From Candidatus Saccharimonadota bacterium (GTDB lineage Bacteria; Patescibacteriota; Saccharimonadia; Saccharimonadales; Saccharimonadaceae): a stretch of 32,000 nt of DNA. How positions within the stretch are numbered: position 1 is the first letter of the stretch; every line of letters begins with the position of its first letter. The stretch covers positions 1 through 32,000 of the forward strand of contig MKSO01000001.1 of assembly GCA_001897305.1 (NCBI GenBank), given 5' to 3'. The position numbers and the translations under genes were made by a program. The notes below the pieces were generated by a model. It did no database searches. It worked only from the letters and a program-made list of their open reading frames with translations, and was not told the origin of the DNA. Below, one piece after another: positions 24,152 through 31,739 of the stretch.

Positions 24152-25987
24152 TTAGACCCCTGTTCCTGCTTGTTGAGATAAAGCTTGGGGATTAGTGTTA
24201 ATGAGTTGAGTTTCAGTTGGTGACGCCTGAATTTGAATATGCACATGGCTTTGCCCAGCAAAGAATAATCCTTGCCCAATTGGGAAGTTAGCGAGACGCT
24301 TCTTCTCCTCTTCGGTGAGCTTGAATACGTCAGACAATACATCGACAGCACTTGAAGACTGTTTCAAAAGAAGCTGCATGGACGTGTTTGATACAATTGC
24401 CCGCCCCATCTTACTACTCATGAAGTCTTCAACATCTTGCGTGATAGTAGTCAGCCCAAGGTAATATTTACGCGCACGCTTAGCAAGGCTAAACAAGAAG
24501 TTTGCCGAGTCGTCGTATTTCATCAGTTGCCAGGCCTCATCCACGATAAGCATGCGCTTTTTTTGTTCGGTGCGGGTAATATTCCAAATGTGGCTCAATA
24601 CAATATACATGGCAACCGGGCGAAGCTCATCTTCGAGGTCGCGAATATTAAACACGACCATTGGGTTGTTGATATCAATATTTGATTGCTGACTAAAAAT
24701 ACCGGCAAATGTACCCGTAGTGTATTTACGCAGGCGCTGCGCAAGTGAAGGGCCGCTCCCACCCATATGCACGAGCGTGTCGTAAAGGTCAGCGATGGTT
24801 GGTGGTGGTGAGTTGTGTGTGAGGGGGTCGCTGGTAATGCCAACGCGAGCATAGGTATCAATAAGCGCTTGGTCAAGGTCGGCCTCTTCAACGGGAGTAA
24901 GGGCGGCGACCTGTTGCCCTGTGGCGGCTACCTGGGTTCCACCCAACATTAACCTAAATAGTCCGTGGAGTGTCACAAGGTTAGCGCGCAGGGCGTCGTC
25001 TGCTTCCTCGGTGTCGATGACGCGCGGAAGATCAAATGGATTAATACGCGTTTGCGAATTAAGACTTAGGCGAATATAGGCCCCACCTACTGCGTCGGCT
25101 AATTTCTGGTATTCATTTTCTGGGTCGATGATGATAACTTCCGTGCCGGTCATCATACTGCGTAGCGCCTCGAGCTTCACAGTAAATGACTTACCTGCAC
25201 CGGACTTTGCAAATACCGCCATATTAGCGTTCTCAAGTTTAAAGCGGTCGAAAATAACCAAGCCGTTGTTGTGCATGTTGATACCATACAAAATGCCTTG
25301 GTTGTCGGTAAGGTCAGCACTGGTGAATGGGAAGCTGGTACTAATAGCACCCGTATTCATATTGCGGCGAATTTGAAGTTGGTCGGACATTTGCGGAATG
25401 GAACTATTAAGTCCTTGCTCTTGTTGTGATGAAGCAACCTTACTAAATACCATTTGCTGGCCAAAGATTGTTTCTACTTTTTGTTGCACAAAGTTAAGTT
25501 CATCCATGCTGTCTGCCCACAAGGTTACATACAGACCAAAACGGAAGAAACGCTCGGCACCAACCTGAATTTGGTCACGCAGTTCCTCGGCGTCGTTAAT
25601 AGCTGCCTCAAGGGCTGGGTCACGAACACGTCCCTTCTCACTGTTAATAGCCGCCGAGGCTTCGAGTTGAGTCACTTTTTTACGAAGGTTATTGAGGACT
25701 ACCTGACTTTCAACTGGGTATATGTACATACTAATATCGAGTACCTCATCGATATTCACAAGTGGACTAAGCCAACCAGTGTAGATAGAACGAGGATAGC
25801 CATATACGTATATCGTTCGGCCATATTTTGTGCCAAGCCTAAAATATGAAGCATGAATTTCAATACTACTTGGGGCAATAAGGTCACGAAGTGTAGAAAC
25901 ACCTTTAAGGAATGCCTGCTCAACTTCAGCCTGCTCGCGTGCGCGCTGCTCGGCGGCAATATCGACGGCGGATTTTTGCTTCGCCAT
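24152..25987 (-). CDS. virB4: VirB4-family type IV secretion ATPase (Gram-positive TraE/TcpF/PrgJ/ConE type)
   Basis: 611-aa ORF. Walker A is FAKSGAGKSFTVK and Walker B is RMLIVDEAWQLM. The N-terminal segment YGRTIYVYGYPRSIYTGWLSPL is typical of this family. The start overlaps the upstream stop (TAATG). Confidence 0.9.
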   Translation of the reverse strand: MAKQKSAVDIAAEQRAREQAEVEQAFLKGVSTLRDLIAPSSIEIHASYFRLGTKYGRTIYVYGYPRSIYTGWLSPLVNIDEVLDISMYIYPVESQVVLNNLRKKVTQLEASAAINSEKGRVRDPALEAAINDAEELRDQIQVGAERFFRFGLYVTLWADSMDELNFVQQKVETIFGQQMVFSKVASSQQEQGLNSSIPQMSDQLQIRRNMNTGAISTSFPFTSADLTDNQGILYGINMHNNGLVIFDRFKLENANMAVFAKSGAGKSFTVKLEALRSMMTGTEVIIIDPENEYQKLADAVGGAYIRLSLNSQTRINPFDLPRVIDTEEADDALRANLVTLHGLFRLMLGGTQVAATGQQVAALTPVEEADLDQALIDTYARVGITSDPLTHNSPPPTIADLYDTLVHMGGSGPSLAQRLRKYTTGTFAGIFSQQSNIDINNPMVVFNIRDLEDELRPVAMYIVLSHIWNITRTEQKKRMLIVDEAWQLMKYDDSANFLFSLAKRARKYYLGLTTITQDVEDFMSSKMGRAIVSNTSMQLLLKQSSSAVDVLSDVFKLTEEEKKRLANFPIGQGLFFAGQSHVHIQIQASPTETQLINTNPQALSQQAGTGV

Positions 25988-26895
25988 TATTGCAGCCCTC
26001 CAGTGGGAGCTGGCCCTGGTGCTTTTTTAACAAAAGTAGTTGCTAGGTTGTCAAAATCGCCCAATGGCTGACGCAGTGCAGTATCGGGGTTGTAGTAGTT
26101 ATAGTACAGCTCCCCTAGTGATTTAGTGTCAAGCTGAACACACTGCACGCCGATCTGGAAAAGCCCAGCCATCACCGAATCAACTCGGTTTTTAATTTCA
26201 TCTTTGGCTTTTTGGTAGGTCGAGGCGTCAATATGGGTAATATTGTTTTGAGGACGAGCAAAGAGCTTACCGAAGAAACCCTTCCCCTGCTCTAATAGTT
26301 TGGCTGCGTCTCCGTTGGGGAAATAGGGAATAACAATGTAAAAAGATTTCTCCATAATGTTCGCCTCTTGTGATAGGGCATCAATAAAGCTGATGTAATC
26401 GTCCATAAGAACACCAAGAAGCATATTATCTTGTGAGCGTCGGGTATCAACGAGCTTGTCGATATATGGACCGATATCAACGCGTTGTGAACGAACCAGG
26501 ATTTGCACTGGGAAATTCAACGAGTTTAGGAAGTTTTGGTAACTATACTCTACCCCCTCCCTTTCGCGGTCGCTCATAAGGTCGAAATTGATTGATTTAC
26601 AAGCTACTACAGCTCTGAATGTACCATCATTCATAATAACCATACTGTCGCGCAGCTCTGATAGCTGTAACGTGCTTTGGGTTGAACTGGTGTTTTTTGG
26701 TGTTGGCTTGACGTTGGGATCGGCACTCCCAAGAGGGCCTGCAGTTTGAGGCATGACCTGAGGGGCTGGTTGGCCGGGTGCTTGCATGGCTTGACCTGGA
26801 ACAGAATAAGCCTGTTGCTGAGCAGGCTGAGGAACACCCGGTTGGGGTTGATTATACGGAGAATTATTAGGCGGCATACCCTCTGAAAATCCCAC
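25987..26895 (-). CDS. Hypothetical protein with a Pro/Gln-rich N-terminus and a ~220-aa globular domain, translationally coupled to the VirB4-like gene
   Basis: 302-aa ORF. Residues 1-75 are low-complexity (P/Q/A). No TM segment is obvious. The position between the PrgI-like and VirB4-like genes is fixed by tight spacing. Confidence 0.7.
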   Translation of the reverse strand: MGFSEGMPPNNSPYNQPQPGVPQPAQQQAYSVPGQAMQAPGQPAPQVMPQTAGPLGSADPNVKPTPKNTSSTQSTLQLSELRDSMVIMNDGTFRAVVACKSINFDLMSDREREGVEYSYQNFLNSLNFPVQILVRSQRVDIGPYIDKLVDTRRSQDNMLLGVLMDDYISFIDALSQEANIMEKSFYIVIPYFPNGDAAKLLEQGKGFFGKLFARPQNNITHIDASTYQKAKDEIKNRVDSVMAGLFQIGVQCVQLDTKSLGELYYNYYNPDTALRQPLGDFDNLATTFVKKAPGPAPTGGLQ

Positions 26896-26921
26896 TCCTT
26901 TAGGCGATACTATCTATCAAA

Positions 26922-27968
26922 TTATCGAAGCGAAATGACCACTTCACCAGATTCCTCTTCGGCCTTCTTCTTTAAGCGGTTGGCCTCGTGAGCAATCGTT
27001 TCGATAGATAAATCGGCGTTGTTTGCAAGGTTAATTATACCAGCAGAGGGTACAGAATCGCTAGTGGTTGTAGTAGTTTCTTTTGTTTCAGTAGGCACGG
27101 GAGTATCAATCTCCGCCTGATGAGCCGTATCGTTAAGGGGTTGAATGACGCTTTGCTGGAACTCTGGGTATGGATTAAAGTGTGGCTGTGGCGCAAGTTG
27201 CTGGGCCATTTGTGTTAGGAGCGGATCCTCGGCGGTTGGTTGTGTTACCGTTTGTACCGGCGCAGCGGGCTGGGCAAAGGCCGCAGGTGTAGTAACTTGG
27301 GGCTCGGGTTGTGTGGGTACTACTTGCTGTGCAGGAGTTACAGGTACCACCACGGGTACCGGTGCTGGTACTTGTGTCGCTTGTAGCATCCTTTGGCGGG
27401 CTTCTTCATGCATTCTCTCGGTACTTTGTGACATCATTTGGTCGAAGTTTTGGGCAATTGAGGTTGAAGTATCAAGGATATCGGTGGCCCCTTGTGCCTC
27501 AAGGTAAGCGTCGTTGTTCATAGCAGTACCTACCCCACCAGCCACACCTCTAATAGCCCAGCCTTGAGTGTCAACGATATTGGCGAGGTAATTCAAGCGT
27601 TGAGCGGCTTCGTTTTGTGATAAATCTTTTGTTCGCTTCACCTCGATTGTTTTTGGAGCGGTAATTTCAATAAGAGTCTCTACGCCCTCACCGTCCCATA
27701 TACGACGGTGGGGTTTTAAGTAAAATGAGACGATAGCTGCTAGATATATTTCCATTGGCTGATCTTTGCGTAGGGGTAAAGCCAAGGCGCCGAAGAAAAT
27801 AATAATAGGTAGTGGAATAATGGCTAGCCCAATAAACAACTGAGCAAGCCCCCAAGCTATTAAAATGAACCCAGCCACAATAATTAGGTAGATGAATTGA
27901 CGAAAGCTAAACGGACCGATGAGTTTATCATCTGCTTCGACATCTTGAGGGACTTTATAGGTTGCCAT
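26922..27968 (-). CDS. PrgI-family (VirB3-like) T4SS membrane protein with a long C-terminal extension
   Basis: 348-aa ORF. The N-terminus ATYKVPQDVEADDKLIGPFSFRQFIYL is followed by two TM helices, which matches the PrgI/TcpE-type pattern. Residues ~190-300 are a P/Q/V/T/A-rich low-complexity region. Confidence 0.7.
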   Translation of the reverse strand: MATYKVPQDVEADDKLIGPFSFRQFIYLIIVAGFILIAWGLAQLFIGLAIIPLPIIIFFGALALPLRKDQPMEIYLAAIVSFYLKPHRRIWDGEGVETLIEITAPKTIEVKRTKDLSQNEAAQRLNYLANIVDTQGWAIRGVAGGVGTAMNNDAYLEAQGATDILDTSTSIAQNFDQMMSQSTERMHEEARQRMLQATQVPAPVPVVVPVTPAQQVVPTQPEPQVTTPAAFAQPAAPVQTVTQPTAEDPLLTQMAQQLAPQPHFNPYPEFQQSVIQPLNDTAHQAEIDTPVPTETKETTTTTSDSVPSAGIINLANNADLSIETIAHEANRLKKKAEEESGEVVISLR

Positions 27969-27989
27969 AAATTAAGTATATCAGTCTAG

Positions 27990-30521
27990 TTATGGGTGTC
28001 TTGATATGTTTATTATACTTGGGCTATTCTTGCCGATTTTCTTATTGAGTACTTCATCGGAAAGAGCGTCCTGGGCATTTGATATAGTTTGTGCTCTTTC
28101 ACTTGCGCTAACGTTTGCAAGCTGGTCATGTATAAATGAAAGCTCGTCTTTGTCTCCAGTTGCAATTTTTTCTGCTGAGTATGCTCCAGCTTTAATCGCC
28201 TCTTGTGCAAGCGTTTCGGTGTTAACCGCCTTACCTTCTCTTATTGCACCCAGTGCCGCCCCACCAACGTAGCCCGGTCTATTAGATGATGAAGCAAGTG
28301 AATCTGCTAAGTGTGCTCGAATTGAGGTGTCTGATGAATTCCCGACAGTGTCAATAAGTGAGCGTGTGCTGTTGTGATCACCTGTTTGGATGATCGAACT
28401 GATGGCCGCTTTCTGAGTGGCCGTATCTGATTTTATTGTCTTTCCGTTATGTAAAACAGAACCACCTTTTGCAAGTTGAGTCATTTGATCTAAAGATAGG
28501 CCCAGTTTGTCTATAGTAGCCTTGGCTGCTGTAACTTCTTCAGCTTCTATTTTTGCATTAATACGCTCACCTAACCTGCTTTGCTCTGTACCAAACTTAC
28601 CCGTTCTGTCGTTGAGTCGACTATTGAGTGCTGAACTGGCGTTACGCCCCCAGTTAAGGGGGTTTCTGTTTGAGCCTTTATAGGTACCACCTAATATCTG
28701 GGCACGTCTGATCTTCGCTTGCTGACCCCTAAATTGTTGTAATTGACCAAGCTTGGATGTATCTTTAACCTTACCCCCAATGCGGCCAGTTGCTTTGGAG
28801 CTAAGATTTGAAATCTTAGCTCCAATACTCCCAGCGGCACTTAAAGAACCCTTCAAGAGACTAGGTACGACAAACAAAGGGAGAGCTGCCACGCCAACGG
28901 CAACAATTTGCATCATTACATTATCTCCAGAAGCGTCTTTTATAACATTAGCAGCGAGTGTTGATGCGCCAAATACCACAGCAATGATTGGGAATACCAT
29001 AAGCAGAGCGAAATACATCTTATACCACTTCTTAAACCATTGTTCGGTATTTGGTAGAAGAAACGCCACAAATGCTAGCGGAGAAATAATGGTAAGTAAT
29101 ACGATAAGCGCCGTACGGGCTACTAGAATAAGTACGATAAGAATCAAAGCAAGTAGTACAGCAAGTAGTACGGGCATCGTTACGGCCATAGCAACACCAA
29201 TAGCACCCGCAACAACACTCGCAACTAAAACTGCAATACCAAGCCCATTTGAACTTGCATCTCCTTTGCCTGAAATATCTCCTGCAATTTGAACGTAAGA
29301 GTTGCTCAGAAGACTATTGAGTGAATATCCAAGAATATTACTAAGGTCTACCGCTATTTGACATATAAAGAACGATACGTTCACTAGTATTGCCGCAATC
29401 ACCAACCTTGGTAGCATTTTCTTTACGCCATAGTTTGTAACACCCTGTCCTGTTAGCTGTGAAAATATAATAATAAGAAAAGCAATAACAAATGCTACGT
29501 TTGCAATATTACGCATTGTTGACCAAGCTGCTCTAATAGCACTATTGCTAAGTACGTCACTCTTCGTCTCTAGAAAAGTCTCCGATAGAAAAGAAAAGGC
29601 ATTGTCTGCAACGCTCCCTAGGAAGTTCATAACTGGGCAAACCAACCAACCAATACCCTCTACCCCACAGGACGTTGTTGGCTCGGCTGTAGTTGGTGTC
29701 GGGGTAGCAGCTTCTTCGGCTTTATCTCCCGCTGCGGTAACGGAGGCGGCGATATTGGTGAGACTTACGCCCTTTGCCTCGAGTAGTGTTACTACTGCGT
29801 CCTTAGTTACACCGTTGCCGATCTTTGAGGACATACAGGTTGCAAACCCAGTTTTCATGGTTTTCTCGTACTCTTCGGGCGATGCTGATGCTGTATTTAC
29901 ATTTGCGGTACTTGTTCTCTTTCCCCAACATTCGTACACCAAATTTTTCCATCCGGCTTCACCACACGAAGATTGCACCTCTACTCCACCAACGCCACTC
30001 GGACAATTATAAGCAACCCATTTGTTCTTGAGTGGATCAAGGGTATCGCCAAATTGAGAGTACAATTCAGTAGCCTCCGCGCTAGCACCAGCTTGTTCAA
30101 CGGCATTTTTGCCGCTCCATCCCTTAATATCTATAGTACTAGTTGTGGTTCCATCAACACATCTGGGTCGAGAATCGCTACTTACATTCTGTTTTGTTAA
30201 CTTAGCGGTGCCGCCCGATAAAACTATTTTATTTGTTCCATCGTGACAAACGGAAGCGGCGGCTTGTCCACCGCCGGTTTTAATTTGTGGGCCATTGTAC
30301 GTAATACCCCCGTCGGTACTGGTGTAGCTGTAGGTTACGCCAGATTTGTCGCAATCTGGACTCACGTACTCAATCTTTGTGGAGTCTATATAGCGATAAC
30401 AAGAGCTCGCCGCATTTGCTGGCTTTGTTATAGAGGTAGCTAGAAAAACGGAAGCAATTAGTGCAAGAAAAAGCAAACCTACGAAATGACGAACTTTTAT
30501 ATGACGAATAAAATAAGGCAT
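27990..30521 (-). CDS. VirB6/TrbL/TcpH-like polytopic T4SS channel protein with an N-terminal Cys-rich ectodomain and a C-terminal hydrophilic domain
   Basis: 843-aa ORF. It has a signal peptide (VGLLFLALIASVFLATSITKPANA) and a ~260-aa region with 10 Cys. About 6-7 TM helices span residues ~285-560, and the tail is ~280 aa and hydrophilic. Size and layout resemble TcpH/PrgH-class proteins. Assignment is by architecture and context, not by a motif. Confidence 0.65.
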   Translation of the reverse strand: MPYFIRHIKVRHFVGLLFLALIASVFLATSITKPANAASSCYRYIDSTKIEYVSPDCDKSGVTYSYTSTDGGITYNGPQIKTGGGQAAASVCHDGTNKIVLSGGTAKLTKQNVSSDSRPRCVDGTTTSTIDIKGWSGKNAVEQAGASAEATELYSQFGDTLDPLKNKWVAYNCPSGVGGVEVQSSCGEAGWKNLVYECWGKRTSTANVNTASASPEEYEKTMKTGFATCMSSKIGNGVTKDAVVTLLEAKGVSLTNIAASVTAAGDKAEEAATPTPTTAEPTTSCGVEGIGWLVCPVMNFLGSVADNAFSFLSETFLETKSDVLSNSAIRAAWSTMRNIANVAFVIAFLIIIFSQLTGQGVTNYGVKKMLPRLVIAAILVNVSFFICQIAVDLSNILGYSLNSLLSNSYVQIAGDISGKGDASSNGLGIAVLVASVVAGAIGVAMAVTMPVLLAVLLALILIVLILVARTALIVLLTIISPLAFVAFLLPNTEQWFKKWYKMYFALLMVFPIIAVVFGASTLAANVIKDASGDNVMMQIVAVGVAALPLFVVPSLLKGSLSAAGSIGAKISNLSSKATGRIGGKVKDTSKLGQLQQFRGQQAKIRRAQILGGTYKGSNRNPLNWGRNASSALNSRLNDRTGKFGTEQSRLGERINAKIEAEEVTAAKATIDKLGLSLDQMTQLAKGGSVLHNGKTIKSDTATQKAAISSIIQTGDHNSTRSLIDTVGNSSDTSIRAHLADSLASSSNRPGYVGGAALGAIREGKAVNTETLAQEAIKAGAYSAEKIATGDKDELSFIHDQLANVSASERAQTISNAQDALSDEVLNKKIGKNSPSIINISRHP

Positions 30522-30544
30522 AATCTGATCAAATTATGCCTTAT
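30513..30544 (-). promoter_or_regulatory. Perfect 12-bp inverted repeat (8-nt loop) that contains the start codon of the VirB6-like gene
   Basis: Plus-strand ATAAGGCATAAT (30513-30524) and ATTATGCCTTAT (30533-30544) are exact reverse complements. In the minus-strand mRNA the 3' arm is ATT-ATG-CCT-TAT (Met-Pro-Tyr), and the 5' arm carries the only AAGG in the 48-nt spacer. Confidence 0.45.
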
Positions 30545-30569
30545 TTGTGCAGATAAATAAAGGTTATGC

Positions 30570-31739
30570 TTAACCTAAGTTGTATGGAGCGTCTGCACGA
30601 CTAGGGTCTAGAACTTGGGGTGCTTGCCTGCCAAATGCTACGACGTCATCACTGCCCGCTATAAGATTATAGAGGCCAACTATTCTGAAGTCGTTTTGTT
30701 TGGTCCATTCGTATGTAATAACTGGATATGACGTGTCGCCGAATATGTCCTTCCCTTGAAACTCAACAGAAGCTTCGTTGTAGGTGCCATTTGACCACAC
30801 AGTACCAGAGGTCTCACGTGTGATATGGTCTAGATCTCCAAGTATTGGAATTGATGGCGTAGTCGCTCCATCGAAAAGCTCAGACAAGATAGTGTGTGCA
30901 TCGTGTGTAGTATTACCCGATGTATCGAGTCGTTGAGATGTCATACATGTAAGCATATCTTTTGCAATTTGAACGTATTGAGGATTAGACTTGTCGGTAT
31001 ATAGTTTGTATACAAGATTTAACCGATTCATAACAAAGTCATTAATCTTTTGTCCATCCCAAAGTTCCATTACTTCACGACGCTCAATAGGGGCTATACC
31101 GTTTGCAACGAACGTTTGCTCACACGCATATTCTTTAGTATCTGGGTCAGTATATGCGTCATTTGGGTTAACGGGGACTTTCTTGTTCTCCCAGTTGTCA
31201 AATAATGCGGTGTCAACGATAACGTTTGATGTTTGTGCCTCAGGAGTCTTTAATGGTGTACTATCAGGGGTTGGCGCGACGGCTTCAGGAGTTGTGCTTG
31301 GTGCCACAGACGCCTCACTTGTTGCTTTAGGGTCGGTTTTTGGAGGTTCATTATCTTTATTATCAGCTGCAACCTTTACTCCCACTAACGTACCACCTAC
31401 AGCTAATGCAAGTCCTGCAACACCTGCAATGATACCGTTACGTACACGGTTACTTTTTGGTGCACTTTCACCATTGGTTTTTGGTTCTGTAACAGGAGGG
31501 ATAATTGGTGGTTCGGCTACTTTAGAATCTACAACATCGTCGATTGACGGCATGTTCTCGGGAAGGGTCGCTGGACTATGAGGAATGTTATCGAGTTGAA
31601 TATCTTCGAAAGCGCGAAGAGGGGTCTCACTAAATTCTGTAGGCGGAGTTTCGCGCATCGGCTTGTCGACATTACCACTATGGCCTGCTGTTACTTCAGG
31701 TGCTTGAGAATTTTGTGGTGTTGGGTACTCTTTGTCCAT
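30570..31739 (-). CDS. Bitopic membrane protein (Pro-rich cytoplasmic N-terminus, one TM, Pro/Thr-rich linker, ~220-aa external domain); first gene of the T4SS-like operon
   Basis: 389-aa ORF. The single TM helix is GIIAGVAGLALAVGGTLVGV, at about residue 102. An AAGGAAC Shine-Dalgarno lies 8 nt upstream. About 260 bp of AT-rich non-coding DNA lie upstream (31740-32000). Confidence 0.7.
   Translation of the reverse strand: MDKEYPTPQNSQAPEVTAGHSGNVDKPMRETPPTEFSETPLRAFEDIQLDNIPHSPATLPENMPSIDDVVDSKVAEPPIIPPVTEPKTNGESAPKSNRVRNGIIAGVAGLALAVGGTLVGVKVAADNKDNEPPKTDPKATSEASVAPSTTPEAVAPTPDSTPLKTPEAQTSNVIVDTALFDNWENKKVPVNPNDAYTDPDTKEYACEQTFVANGIAPIERREVMELWDGQKINDFVMNRLNLVYKLYTDKSNPQYVQIAKDMLTCMTSQRLDTSGNTTHDAHTILSELFDGATTPSIPILGDLDHITRETSGTVWSNGTYNEASVEFQGKDIFGDTSYPVITYEWTKQNDFRIVGLYNLIAGSDDVVAFGRQAPQVLDPSRADAPYNLG

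Noticed and set aside
27145-27523. Plus-strand ORFs (120 and 70 aa) antisense to the PrgI-like gene
   Set aside because: The Cys/Gly/Thr/Ala-rich translations are the mirror image of the P/Q/V/T-rich low-complexity coding region on the minus strand. They are spurious.
28753-30443. Plus-strand ORFs (179, 155, 68, 75 and 66 aa) antisense to the VirB6-like gene
   Set aside because: They are nested in an 843-aa ORF with a coherent signal peptide, TM block and tail architecture. The antisense products have no features and no start context.
30991-31581. 196-aa plus-strand ORF opposite the 389-aa gene
   Set aside because: The minus-strand product has a clean bitopic architecture, an SD and operon continuity. 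The plus-strand product is Ser/Thr/Gly-rich low complexity with no upstream signals.
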